Assembly: GCA_963696095.1 (NCBI GenBank)
Contig: CAVOIN010000002.1
Coordinates: forward strand, 403,939 to 467,938
Length of the DNA: 64,000 nucleotides
Direction of reading: 5' to 3'
Source: Candidatus Eremiobacteria bacterium
Lineage (GTDB): Bacteria > Vulcanimicrobiota > Vulcanimicrobiia > Vulcanimicrobiales > Vulcanimicrobiaceae
Part shown: piece by piece, positions 44,483 to 54,022 of the stretch
How positions within the stretch are numbered: the first letter of the stretch is position 1
How the letters are laid out: every line of letters begins with the position of its first letter
The notes under the pieces: model-generated
Databases searched by the model: none
Seen by the model: the letters and a program-made list of their open reading frames with translations, nothing else
Told to the model about the DNA's origin: nothing
Position numbers and translations under genes: made by a program

Positions 44483-44511
44483 TTAGTATCAGCGTCGTAC
44501 TAATATAGTAC
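44483..44511. promoter_or_regulatory. overlapping inverted repeats in the cupin-marR divergent intergenic region (candidate MarR operator)
   Basis: TTAGTA-N9-TACTAA (44483-44503) and GTACTA-ATA-TAGTAC (44497-44511), an AT-rich island in a high-GC context. Confidence 0.5.
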
Positions 44512-44527
44512 ACGACCCGTACGAATC

Positions 44528-45004
44528 ATGCGAGGGACCACGATCGACATCGGCGAGCGACAGCCACATATCGGAGGCCTCCTACGGCTGGCCTGGCAGC
44601 ATGTTCGCCGCGGCATCTACGCCGGCGTCGAACGAGCTGGCTATGCCGACCTCCGCCCCGCTCATGTCGCGCTCTTTCGCTATCCCGGTATTGAGGGTCT
44701 GCGCCCGACCCAGCTGGCCGAGCAGGCCAACCTCACAAAGCAGTCGGTAAACGGCCTGCTCCGTCATCTCGAGAACACCGGCTATGTCGAGCTACGCCCG
44801 GACCCAGAGGACGCACGAGCACGGTTGATCACATTCACCCCTCGCGGCCGGGAGTTCATGGATCTGATCTGGCGTCTCGCCGCCCAGGAGGAGCTGGAGT
44901 TCGCCCAAGTCGTCGGCGAACAGTCATTCCGGGAGCTCCGGGCAGGGTTGGAGCGGTTCGTCGCCGCCAACGGCAAGCCGGATACAGACTTCGACATGGC
45001 TTGA
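44528..45004 (+). CDS. MarR family transcriptional regulator
   Basis: 158 aa. LRPTQLAEQANLTKQSVNGLLRHLENTGYVELRPDPEDARARLITFTPRG. Confidence 0.8.
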   Translation: MRGTTIDIGERQPHIGGLLRLAWQHVRRGIYAGVERAGYADLRPAHVALFRYPGIEGLRPTQLAEQANLTKQSVNGLLRHLENTGYVELRPDPEDARARLITFTPRGREFMDLIWRLAAQEELEFAQVVGEQSFRELRAGLERFVAANGKPDTDFDMA

Positions 45005-45041
45005 CTGCTGTCGGGACGGCGCCGAAGCCGCCCACGGGACG

Positions 45042-45443
45042 CTAGTCAGCCCACCAGCCGCGCTCACCCTCGACATCTTCGCGCGGAGCGTCGCCGAGAC
45101 TGGGCGCGCCGAAGACGATGATCTCGAGGCCCTCCGGTCCGGCCTCGTAGCCTCGCCAAGTACCGGGCGAGACGCGCACCACGTCCCACTCCTTGAGCTC
45201 GGCGATGTCGTCGTCGAGCTTCATCCGCCCGCTCCCGCGCATGACCACGTAGACCTCCTCCTGCGTCCTGTGCGTGTGGCCGTACGGGAAGCGATAGCCG
45301 GGCGGGACGCGCTGGTAGCTCAGGCCCGACTGTTCGAGCTCGAGCGCCTCGGTTGCGAGGCGGAACTCCAAGTCGGGCGCGCCGTCGAAGTTGGACCCGA
45401 CGTCCTTTAGATCTTCCTTGAGGTTCCTGAGCGTGAACGACAC
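45042..45443 (-). CDS. cupin domain protein
   Basis: YRFPYGHTHRTQEEVYVVMRGSGRMKLDD...VVRVSPGTWRGYEAG. Start is set at in-frame GTG 45443 and is uncertain. Confidence 0.6.
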   Translation of the reverse strand: MSFTLRNLKEDLKDVGSNFDGAPDLEFRLATEALELEQSGLSYQRVPPGYRFPYGHTHRTQEEVYVVMRGSGRMKLDDDIAELKEWDVVRVSPGTWRGYEAGPEGLEIIVFGAPSLGDAPREDVEGERGWWAD

Positions 45444-45777
45444 GGGCGCAACTCTAGTGTTCGATGTCCCACCAACGACGGCGACCGCCCTGAGTGACGG
45501 TCGCAGATCAACGACATAGCGGGGGCGGGATTGATACCCAATCCTGCGACCGTTGATGGCCCGCAAACAGGGGCCATAGCCCGCAGGGTCGAGGAGTCGT
45601 GCCTACTCGGATAGCCGGTGTCGTCCAAGAAAGGCGCGCAAGTCAGTGCTTACGGGACACCCGCGACTCCCGCGCGGGTTGGCGCGTCCAGGCAGCATTC
45701 GACGCGGCCTCGTGGACGCAAGGACGCCGCGTGGCGCGGCTGCTACCGGAAGCTCACAACCGCCAGCGCCCAGCCGT

Positions 45778-45805
45778 CGTGCATAGGCGTTTACGTGCAT
45801 AGGCG
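45778..45805. repeat. direct repeat CGTGCATAGGCG x2 (16-bp period) at the 5' end of the MTHFR-like gene
   Basis: cgtgcataggcg-ttta-cgtgcataggcg read directly from the sequence. Confidence 0.6.
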
Positions 45806-46745
45806 CTTAGTTACGCTTCAGCGCGTGGAGCTGCAGCGGCGCATTGCGGAGGGGGCGGGTGAGTTCTTGCTGTTCGCGCTGACCCCACCGCGCCTGACGA
45901 CCGAACCGGAGCAAGCCGGTCAGATCGCCGCGAAAACGCTCGAGCGCCTGCGCTCTGTGGGCCTCGACGGCCTCGTGCTCTACGACATTGATGACGAGAG
46001 CGACCGCAATCCCGAGGAACGCCCCTTTCCGTTCCTACCCACGATGGACCCAGCCGACTACCTCGCTCGCTATCTCGTCGGCTTGGAAGTGCCGGCCATC
46101 GTGTACCGCGCTGTCAGCAAGTATCCAGAGCAAGGTCTTCGCTCGTGGCTCAGCGAACAAGCCCCAACCCACGCGCTGTCGGTGTTCGTGGGTGCGTCCT
46201 CTCGTGAGAAGGCGGTAGCAACGTCTCTGTTGCGAGCCTACGAACTCAGGACCGAGGTGCGCCCGGATCTCCTTCTCGGAGGTGTCGCGATCCCAGAGCG
46301 GCACACGCGCGGGCGCGGGGAGCATGTCCGTCTGCTGGCGAAGCAGGCGGCAGGTTGCTCGTTCTTTGTCACCCAGATCATCTATGACGTCAATGCCGCG
46401 AAGAACTTGGTCTCCGACTATCACTACGAGTGTGCCGCTCGTGACGTCAAGCCAGCACCGATCGTGTTCACGTTCTCGGTCTGCGGCTCGCTGAAGACAC
46501 TGGAGTTCGTTCAGTGGCTCGGTGTCGATGTGCCGCATTGGATCGAGAACGAGCTGCGCCACGCGGACAACACCCTCGACGCGTCCTACGATCAAGCCGT
46601 CGCCACGGCCGTCGAGCTCATCGCATTCTGCCGGCGCGTGGGAGTTCCATTTGGGCTCAGCGTCGAGAGCGTCTCGATCCGCCAAGTCGAGATCGAGGCC
46701 TCCGTCCGCCTCGCCACCCGGCTACAAGCAGAGCTACGTCGCTAG
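45795..46745 (+). CDS. methylenetetrahydrofolate reductase-like protein
   Basis: LLFALTPPR...GLDGLVLYDIDDES...FFVTQIIYD...VFTFSVCGS. TIM-barrel MTHFR-like pattern. Start is uncertain (GTG 45795 or 45825). Confidence 0.5.
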   Translation: MHRRLVTLQRVELQRRIAEGAGEFLLFALTPPRLTTEPEQAGQIAAKTLERLRSVGLDGLVLYDIDDESDRNPEERPFPFLPTMDPADYLARYLVGLEVPAIVYRAVSKYPEQGLRSWLSEQAPTHALSVFVGASSREKAVATSLLRAYELRTEVRPDLLLGGVAIPERHTRGRGEHVRLLAKQAAGCSFFVTQIIYDVNAAKNLVSDYHYECAARDVKPAPIVFTFSVCGSLKTLEFVQWLGVDVPHWIENELRHADNTLDASYDQAVATAVELIAFCRRVGVPFGLSVESVSIRQVEIEASVRLATRLQAELRR

Positions 46746-46774
46746 TCCCAGGTCCGATCGGCTCGGCTGACGCT

Positions 46775-47377
46775 ATGGTCCGTTTCGTGAGTGACGTGGG
46801 TGAGACGATCGAGAATCCCATCAACGGCGAGCGGATCACGTGGATCGAGACGGCCGAGACCACGGGAGGCGAGTTGCTCTCGCTCGACCTGTCGCTCCGT
46901 CCGGGCGCGGCTGTGGCAGCCGAGCATCGGCACATGCGCCAGGAGGAGCGTTTCAGGGTTGACGCAGGACGAATCGGGCTTGGTCTCGGAGGCGAAGAGC
47001 GCACGGTCTCAGAAGGAGAAGAAGTAACGGTCCCGGCCGGTGTCCCGCACCGCTGGTGGAACGAGGGAACGGTGGAGGCAACCGTGCGTGTCGAGCTCAG
47101 ACCGGCTCTCGACACCCAAACGTTCTTTGAGACGCTCTTCGGCCTCGCCCGAGACGGCAAGACCAACGACAAGGGCATCCCGGGGCTGCTCCAGATCGCC
47201 GTCGCCTACCGTGACCTCGGCGACTCCTGTCCGACGCTCGCCAAGCCGCCTGCGTTCGTCCAGCGGATCAGCTCTGCGTTGCTGGCCCCGATCGGGAGAT
47301 CCGTGGGTCGCCGGGCCATCTACGCCAGGTACAGCCCGCGACACAGGGCCTTGGCCGTCCGCCCTCGCACCGAGTAA
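46775..47377 (+). CDS. cupin domain protein
   Basis: ATG 46775. GGELLSLDLSLRPGAAVAAEHRHMRQEERFRVDAG...VTVPAGVPHRWWNEG. Confidence 0.6.
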   Translation: MVRFVSDVGETIENPINGERITWIETAETTGGELLSLDLSLRPGAAVAAEHRHMRQEERFRVDAGRIGLGLGGEERTVSEGEEVTVPAGVPHRWWNEGTVEATVRVELRPALDTQTFFETLFGLARDGKTNDKGIPGLLQIAVAYRDLGDSCPTLAKPPAFVQRISSALLAPIGRSVGRRAIYARYSPRHRALAVRPRTE

Positions 47378-47474
47378 GAGCGCGACCCGCCGTGTAGAGG
47401 GTCGTGTCCAGATCGCCGCCACGACTGCCGAGCGAGTGGCCGACCTGCTGGACGGCACGGTTGCGCCGGAGAAA

Positions 47475-47548
<74 letters not shown>

Positions 47549-47633
47549 TCGCTCCTCATGTTCTAGCAAAGAACGGGCATCGCGGCCACCCCAGGGCCGC
47601 CTCGGAGCGCGCCTCGAGCGAGCGCGGAGCCGC

Positions 47634-48356
47634 TCAGAACGCCACGGGCTGGCCGTCGCGGAAGAAGCCGCCGGTCGGCCCGTCGTCGTCGGGAGCGTGC
47701 GAGCCACACGATGCCGGCGGCTCCGTCCTCGACGGGCTTGGTGGCGCCCATCGGACCACCCATGTCGGTGTTCACGAAGCCGGGGCACGCCGAGTTCACG
47801 AGGAAGCCGGCGTCGTGCAGCTCGGTCGAGAGGATCCGCGTCATCGCGTTGAGCGCGGCCTTCGAGACACGGTAGCCGGGCGACCAGCCGCCCATCTCGG
47901 TGACGCCGCCCATGCCGCTCGAGACGTTGACGATGCGCGGATGCGGGCTCTCGCGCAGCAGGCCCAGCAGCTCGATCGTGAGCCGGTAGGCGCCGAAGAA
48001 GTTCGTGTCGAGCGCACGCTGGATCGCCTCGAAGTCGGGGTCGACGCCGGCGACGCCGAAGTCGCTGCCAATGCCGGCGTTGTTGACGAGCACGTCGAGG
48101 CGTCCCGGGTCGGCGCGCACCGCCGCGGCGGCCTCGGAGATGCTCTGCGGATCGGCCACGTCCAGGGTGAGCGGCTTGACGCGCGCCACCGGTGCCCGCT
48201 GCCAGCTCCGCGGCCGCGGCGCTCGCCTTCTCGCCGTCGCGGGCGCTCAGCAGGACCTCATAGCCACGCGCTCGCCAGCTGTCGTGCGACCTCTCGTCCG
48301 ATCCCGCGGTTCGCCCCGGTGACGAGCGCCACACGACCTTCGCTCCCGTCGCTCAT
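47634..48356 (-). pseudogene. short-chain dehydrogenase/reductase (SDR), multiple frameshifts
   Basis: ATG 48354-48356 follows GAGGAGGGAG. VALVTGANRGIG, then LVNNAGI, NVSSGMG, YRVSKAAL and a GFFRDGQPVAF* end in at least 3 frames. Confidence 0.7.
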
Positions 48357-48404
48357 CTCGCTCCCTCCTCGTTCGTGGACTCACACACCTCTAGCATCTC
48401 ACCG

Positions 48405-49336
48405 GTGCGCGTAGCGGTCGTGGACATCGGCACCAACTCGACGCGGCTGCTGATCGCGGACGTCGATCGCCGGTCGGGCGGCCTCACCGAGCTCGCCAGG
48501 CGCTCCCAGGTCACCCGGCTGGGCGAGGGCGTGGACTCCAACGGATCGCTGTCGCGAGGCGGCCGTCGAGCGCGTCTTCGCGACGCTCGGCGAGTTACCG
48601 CACCGAGATCGACGCACATCGGTGCGAGGCCAACCTCGCCGTGCTCACCTCGGCCGTGCGCGACGCGGCCAACGGCGGGGAATTCGCGGCGCGGGTGCGC
48701 GACGGCTACGGCCTCGACGCCCGCGTCCTGAGCGGCGATGAAGAGGCGCAGCTCACCTTCCTCGGCGCGATGTCCGGCCGCCCCGAGCCCGAGGAGCCGA
48801 CGGTCGTGATCGACATCGGCGGCGGCTCGACGGAGTTCATCGTCGGCCGCGGCCACGACGCCGGCTTCCACGTCTCGCTGCCCGTCGGCGTGGTGCGCAT
48901 GAGCGAGCGCCACATCCACACCGACCCGCCGGCGCCCGAGGAGCTTCAGGACCTCGCGCAGGAGGTGCGCGAGATCCTCACTCGGGGCCTTCCGCCGGAG
49001 CGAGCGCGACGCCGGTCACGCGGGGCATCGCGGTCGCAGGCACCGCCACCTCGGCCGCCGTCGATCGACCAGGAGCTCGATCCCTACGACCCCGACCGCG
49101 TGCACGGATACGCGCTGCTGCTGGCGACCGTCGAGCTGCTGCTCGCGCGGCTCGCCGACATGACCGAAGCACAGCGTCGCGAGGTCGTCGGGCTCGATCC
49201 GAGCCGCGCTCCCACGATCGTCGCCGGCATGATCGTGCTGGGCGAGGCTCTCCGCGCGTTCGACCTCAAGCAGGTCGAGGTCTCAGACCACGACATCCTG
49301 CACGGCGGCGCGCTGCGGCTCGCCGGCGTCGGCTGA
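48405..49336 (+). pseudogene. Ppx/GppA family phosphatase, frameshifted
   Basis: VAVVDIGTNSTRLLIAD in frame 1. LTSAVRDAANG...VIDIGGGSTEF... in frame 2. A short out-of-frame stretch lies near 49.0 kb (ERARRRSRGASRSQ). Confidence 0.7.
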
Positions 49337-49342
49337 CGCGCG

Positions 49343-51001
49343 CTAGGCGAGGTTGGACCGGCGGGGGTAGACGACCGCCGGATCGGTCAGCACGTTGACG
49401 AGCGCGGGCTGACCGCACGAGAGCGCGCGGTCGAGCGCCGCGCGCAGGTCCTGTGGGCGCTCGACGAGCTCGCCGTGGCATCCCAGCGCCTCCACGACCT
49501 GGTCGTAGCGCGTCGCCGGGCGCAGGTCGGCCGCTACCGAGTACCCGTAGAGGAACTCCATCGGGTGCTTCTCGAGCGCCCAGATGCCGTTGTTGCCCAT
49601 AACGCCGACGACGTTCACCCCATGCCGTGCGAGTGTGTCGAACTCCATCCCCGAGAACCCGAACGCGCCGTCGCCCAGCAGCAGCACGACCTGCCGGTCG
49701 GGCCGCGCAAGCTTCGCCGCCAGGGCATAGCCCGGGCCGGCGCCGAGGCAGCCGAACGGTCCCGGGTCAAGCCAGCACCCGGGCGCGAAGCTGTCGACGA
49801 CGCGGCCCGCGTAGGAGACGAAGTCGCCGCCGTCGCCCACCACTATCGCGTCGCGATCCAGCACCTCGGCAAGCTCGGCATACAGGCGCATCGGGTGAAG
49901 CGGCGCGCGGTCGTCCGCGAGCTCTGCGCGCTCGCCTTCACGGCGCTCGGTCTCGGCCGCGCGAAGCTGGGAGATCCAGGCCTCGCTCGCGAGGCCCCTG
50001 CCGCCGGCCATGTCGCGGATGCCGGAGAGCGTCGCGGGCAGGTCTCCGTAGCACTCAGCCGCGACGGCCCGTGGATGGCGGCGCTCGGGCTCTGCGACAT
50101 CGACGACGACGATTTCCGTGTCCTCGCCGAACGATGCGCCGAAGCCGAGACGGAAGTCCATCGGCACCCCCACCACCAGCGCAACGTCCGCGCCTTTGAG
50201 AGCATCCGAGCGGGCCCGCGAGAAGAACAGCTCGTGGTCGGCGGCCACGCAACCGCGGGCCAGCCCGTTCAGGAAGACGGGGATCCGCAGCGCTTCGGCG
50301 AGCTCGAGCAGAGCCTGCTCGCCCCGCCCCCAGTAGAGGTCGGTGCCGGCCATGATCACCGGACGCTCCGCTGCCCGGAGCAGCTCGCCGGCACGGTCGA
50401 TCGAGGCGGGATCGGCGGCGCGGGCGGCCGAGGTCGAGGCGGCGTGCCCGTTCAGCGGCTCGGGCTCGGGCGCCTCCATGAAGACATAGTCCAGCGGGAA
50501 GTCCACGAACGCCGGCCCGAAATGCGGCGTCAGCGCGGCGGTGAACGCGTCGTCGAGCAGACCCGGGATCTCGGCGGTGCTCTCGGGGGTCGCGGCGAGC
50601 TTCGTCAGCGGCCGCACGAACGGCACGTGATCGATCTCCTGCAGGGAACCCTGTCCCCAGCGCATCGCCGGGGCGCGACCACCGAGCACGACCATCGGCG
50701 AGTGGTTCGCCTGCGCGGCCGCGATCGCGCTCATCCCATTGGTCACCCCGGGGCCCGCCGTCAGTGCGCAGACCCCGGCCTCGCGCGTGACCTTCGCCCA
50801 GCCCTCTGCGGCGAAGGCGGCGGTGGACTCGTGGCGCACGTCCACGATCTCGATGCCCTCCGAGCGGCAGCCGTCATAGATCGAGAACAGGTGCCCGCCG
50901 GACAGCGTGAAGAGCTTGCTGACGCCGTGCGCCTTCAGGCGCCTTGCGACGTGCCGGCCGCCGTGAACCATCGTGGTCTCCTGCGCGCTGTCGGTCGACA
51001 T
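49343..51001 (-). CDS. thiamine diphosphate-dependent enzyme (acetolactate synthase large subunit-like)
   Basis: 552 aa. [10 protein letters not shown]...[14 protein letters not shown]...[11 protein letters not shown]...[17 protein letters not shown]...GNNG. Confidence 0.75.
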   Translation of the reverse strand: MSTDSAQETTMVHGGRHVARRLKAHGVSKLFTLSGGHLFSIYDGCRSEGIEIVDVRHESTAAFAAEGWAKVTREAGVCALTAGPGVTNGMSAIAAAQANHSPMVVLGGRAPAMRWGQGSLQEIDHVPFVRPLTKLAATPESTAEIPGLLDDAFTAALTPHFGPAFVDFPLDYVFMEAPEPEPLNGHAASTSAARAADPASIDRAGELLRAAERPVIMAGTDLYWGRGEQALLELAEALRIPVFLNGLARGCVAADHELFFSRARSDALKGADVALVVGVPMDFRLGFGASFGEDTEIVVVDVAEPERRHPRAVAAECYGDLPATLSGIRDMAGGRGLASEAWISQLRAAETERREGERAELADDRAPLHPMRLYAELAEVLDRDAIVVGDGGDFVSYAGRVVDSFAPGCWLDPGPFGCLGAGPGYALAAKLARPDRQVVLLLGDGAFGFSGMEFDTLARHGVNVVGVMGNNGIWALEKHPMEFLYGYSVAADLRPATRYDQVVEALGCHGELVERPQDLRAALDRALSCGQPALVNVLTDPAVVYPRRSNLA

Positions 51002-51055
51002 CCGGCCGCGACTCTACCCGCTGGCGGGCGCGACCGCTCCTGGCGGGCGGCTCGA

Positions 51056-51139
51056 TGCCCGGGACGGGATTCGAACCCGCAGGCTCTTGCGAGCGGCAGA
51101 TTTTAAGTCCGCTGACTTTGCCAATTTGTCTACCCGGGC
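51056..51139 (-). tRNA. tRNA-Leu(UAA), uninterrupted
   Basis: Reverse complement is GCCCGGGUAGACAAAUUGGCAAAGUCAGCGGACUUAAAAUCUGCCGCUCGCAAGAGCCUGCGGGUUCGAAUCCCGUCCCGGGCA. 7-bp acceptor, loop CUUAAAA, long variable arm. Confidence 0.8.
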
Positions 51140-51336
51140 CCGGCGATCGTATCGCCGCCCGCCCCGAGCAAACGGCCCCCGGCCGCCGCGGAGCCACGTC
51201 CGCCCCATTTATCGGGGTTTTACGGCGCGTTTAGGCCACACTGGGACCCCTCTGGCAGTCTGTACGGGGCCCTGCCTGGGCGCAACTTCGGCGCTGGTAC
51301 GGTGTCTATACGCCCCGAGGAGGGTAAAGACAGTTC

Positions 51337-52938
51337 ATGGAGGCCTCCGCACTAACACGTTCGAGGACTGCGCCGGGCCTGCGGGGCCCGTCGCCGTTGC
51401 TGCGCCTGCAGTCAGACGAGCGTCTGATCGCGTTGACTCGCCGCGAACAGCCTGCGGCGTTCGAGGTGCTCTGCGCGCGCTACCAGTCGCGGCTGCTCTC
51501 CTTCTGCCGGCACCTGCTCGCCTCGCGAGAGGACGCCGAGGACGTGCTCCAGGAGGTCTTCGCAGCGGCCTACAACGCGGTGCTGGCGGACGAGCGCGCG
51601 ATCAACGTGCGCCCGTGGCTCTACAGGATCGCCCGCAACCGCTCGCTCAACCACCTCCGCCGCGCCTCTGCGATCGGCGTCGACTCGATGGACGTCCATT
51701 TCGCCGACCACGGCCTTTCGACCGGCGACCGCGTGATCCGGCGCGAGAGCTTCCGTGAGCTCGTCGCCGACGTGCACGAGCTCCCCGAGACGCAGCGGAC
51801 CGCGCTGCTGCTGCGCGAGATCGACGCTCTCTCCTACGAGCAGATCGCGGACGCCATGGAGACCACCGTCCCGTCTGTCAAGTCGCTGCTCGTGCGCGCC
51901 CGCATCTCGCTCGCCGAGGCTGCCGAGGCGCGCAAGCTCAGCTGCGAGCAGGTCCGCCTCGAGCTCGGGGAAGCCGCCGAGGGCCTCGGCAAGCTGAGCA
52001 CCCCCGCCCGTCGCCACGTCCGCGGCTGCGAACGGTGCGGCCTCTTCAAGAAGCAGCTGAAGGACAATAACCGTGCGCTCGCCGCGATCTTCCCGGTCGG
52101 ACCGCTCGTCCTTCTCCACAAGCTGCTGCTCGCAAAGCTTGGCTCGACCGGCGCCGCCGGAGGCGCCCACGTGGCAGGTGGCGCGGGCGCCTCGGTGGGC
52201 GCGAGCGCCGGAGCGACCGTCGGAGCCGGAGCCGTCGCCGGCGCCGGAGCGACGGCCGGAGGGAGCCTCGGCGGCGGCCTGCTCACGGCCGGCGCAGGCG
52301 CGCTTGCGACCAAGGCAGCCGCCGGCCTCGCCGCAGCTGCGCTCGTGACGGCTGGAGCCGTTGCGGCCGACCGCACGGCGCCCACCCGTCATGCCCACCG
52401 CGCCCTCGCGTCGGCCTCGGTGCCGGCCGCGACGCGCGACGCCGAACCGGTCGTCGTCAAAGAGCAGAGCCAGCCGCTGAGCATCGCCACGCACGCCCGC
52501 GCCGCGCACCGCCACCGCCTCGCCGTCGCCTCGAAGGCGGCCAAGCACGCCCCCGTGCCGCTCCCCGTCCCCGCACCCGCGGCCCCCACCGCCGCGCCGG
52601 TGGCCGCGGTCGCGCCCGCGAGCAAGCCGATCGACAAGCAACCACCCGTCCAGGCGACCGAGGTCACGACCGAAACGACCCAGCTCCCGCCCGCTGCGAC
52701 CAGCAGCCCGACCCAACCCACGACGCCGTCGGCCCCGCCGACGCCCGTGCCGGCCGGCGAAACGCCGCCCCCGCCGCCCAGCAACCTTCCGACGGCCGAA
52801 CCCGTGCCGCCCCCCACATCGGGCTCCACGCCGCCCCCGGCGGGTGCCGGGCCGGCGCCCGCCGCCAGCGCTGCGAGCTCTCCGCCGGAAGGCGAAGCGG
52901 GCAGCGTCACGGGCGGCACCCCACCCGCCGGCGGCTGA
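51337..52938 (+). CDS. ECF-type sigma-70 factor fused to a zinc-finger anti-sigma-like motif, TM/Gly-Ala segment and Pro-rich extension
   Basis: Sigma2 (EDVLQEVFAAAY...WLYRIARN) and sigma4 (LPETQRTALLLREIDALSYEQIADAM). Then HVRGCERC (H-x3-C-x2-C), a hydrophobic Gly/Ala stretch and about 180 aa rich in Pro/Ala/Thr. Confidence 0.7.
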   Translation: MEASALTRSRTAPGLRGPSPLLRLQSDERLIALTRREQPAAFEVLCARYQSRLLSFCRHLLASREDAEDVLQEVFAAAYNAVLADERAINVRPWLYRIARNRSLNHLRRASAIGVDSMDVHFADHGLSTGDRVIRRESFRELVADVHELPETQRTALLLREIDALSYEQIADAMETTVPSVKSLLVRARISLAEAAEARKLSCEQVRLELGEAAEGLGKLSTPARRHVRGCERCGLFKKQLKDNNRALAAIFPVGPLVLLHKLLLAKLGSTGAAGGAHVAGGAGASVGASAGATVGAGAVAGAGATAGGSLGGGLLTAGAGALATKAAAGLAAAALVTAGAVAADRTAPTRHAHRALASASVPAATRDAEPVVVKEQSQPLSIATHARAAHRHRLAVASKAAKHAPVPLPVPAPAAPTAAPVAAVAPASKPIDKQPPVQATEVTTETTQLPPAATSSPTQPTTPSAPPTPVPAGETPPPPPSNLPTAEPVPPPTSGSTPPPAGAGPAPAASAASSPPEGEAGSVTGGTPPAGG

Positions 52939-52948
52939 CGGCGTGAAC

Positions 52949-52973
52949 ACACCGCGGCCGGTGGCCGCGGTGT
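52949..52973. terminator. perfect 11-bp-stem hairpin between convergent genes
   Basis: ACACCGCGGCC-GGT-GGCCGCGGTGT. No U-tract, as is common in high-GC genomes. Confidence 0.45.
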
Positions 52974-52995
52974 CCCGACTAGTCTCCGCCCGCTG

Positions 52996-53646
52996 CTAGC
53001 CGAAGGTGAAGGTCTTCAGCGGCCGCAACAGAACGCCCGTCGAGGCGACTTCGAGCGGAGAGTCGACCTGGGCGTTGGCGGTCGGCGAGGTCAGCATCAC
53101 GATCTCGACCCCTTCACGGGCGCCTGCCCTTTCGGGCAGCAGCAGCACGTCACGGCCGTACATGGTCCGTCCCTCCACGGTCGCCGTGTAGAGGACCTGG
53201 TAGGCGGGGACCGCGTTGACCCTCGTCTTGCCCTCGCCGCGCAACACGAAGCCCGTGTCACGCCGCTGGAGTCCGCGTATGTAGCCGGCGGCATACACCG
53301 GCAACTCGCCCGACAGTTCGCCCGAGTAGGGCGGCAGGGCCAGGGGCTGCACCGCATAGGAGTCCTCGAGCGTCCCGTCGGAGCGACGGCGCTGGACCTT
53401 CACGTAGCCCCCGGGGTCCGGCGCGACCCGGTAGAGGCTCCTGTAGGCGAAGCTGAACGGAACCGTGCCGCCGTGGGAGAAAGTGGCGTTCTCGAGCGTC
53501 AGCACGGCGGCGACGAGCACCGCGACCACGCCGACGCCGGCGGCGATCACGAGTCCCCGCAGCATCGGCGACGCCGCACGCCAGCGGGGTGAGAGCAGCC
53601 GGCCGAGCGTCGGACCGTACTCCGGCTTCATCGGCACCGCGGTCAT
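52996..53646 (-). CDS. hypothetical membrane-anchored protein
   Basis: ATG 53644-53646. One TM helix (GLVIAAGVGVVAVLVAAVL) followed by a soluble domain. Confidence 0.5.
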   Translation of the reverse strand: MTAVPMKPEYGPTLGRLLSPRWRAASPMLRGLVIAAGVGVVAVLVAAVLTLENATFSHGGTVPFSFAYRSLYRVAPDPGGYVKVQRRRSDGTLEDSYAVQPLALPPYSGELSGELPVYAAGYIRGLQRRDTGFVLRGEGKTRVNAVPAYQVLYTATVEGRTMYGRDVLLLPERAGAREGVEIVMLTSPTANAQVDSPLEVASTGVLLRPLKTFTFG

Positions 53647-53659
53647 CTCGATCAGACGA

Positions 53660-53941
53660 TCATTCCCCGATCGAGAACAGGGCCTCGAGGTCGTGGCGCG
53701 AGTAGGCCGCGAAAGCGACGAGCGTCTGCGTGCGCGCAACCCCCGAGATGCCCCCGATCCCGACCGTCACGACGTCGGCCAGCTGCTCGTGGTCGGCCAC
53801 CCGCACGATCGCCACGAAGTCCCACTCGCCGGTCACCGAGTAGGCCTCGGCCACACCCTCGATGTCGGCGAGCTCGCCGCCGAGGCTGGACAGCGCATCG
53901 CGCTCGGCCTCGATCAGCACAACGGCGTTCGTCATGGTCAT
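53660..53941 (-). CDS. Lrp/AsnC ligand-binding (RAM) domain protein
   Basis: 93 aa. IEGVAEAYSVTGEWDFVAIVRVADHEQLADVV. Confidence 0.65.
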   Translation of the reverse strand: MTMTNAVVLIEAERDALSSLGGELADIEGVAEAYSVTGEWDFVAIVRVADHEQLADVVTVGIGGISGVARTQTLVAFAAYSRHDLEALFSIGE

Positions 53942-54022
53942 CGCAGACCATCATAAGGACACTCGAGTGGCGCCCGGCGGCGGGCCTGCCCCCGGCTGCG
54001 CGACCGCCCGCGGGCCCGGTGC

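Noticed and set aside
45567-45794. A possible riboswitch (SAH, SAM, ZTP or THF) upstream of the MTHFR-like gene.
   Set aside because: I could not match the conserved cores I remember for these classes. Only a GAGGAG stretch and generic GC-rich hairpins are present. An Rfam scan would be needed for a definitive answer.
49475-52950. Very long ORFs 49475..51106(+), 51412..52950(-), and similarly 57657..58790(+), 60954..61763(+), 47404..48414(+) and 40929..41474(+).
   Set aside because: They are antisense shadows of clearly identifiable genes (ThDP enzyme, sigma factor, enolase, mfd, SDR, FAH) in DNA of roughly 70 percent GC. Their translations are Arg/Ala/Pro/Gly-rich and low in complexity, with no motifs.
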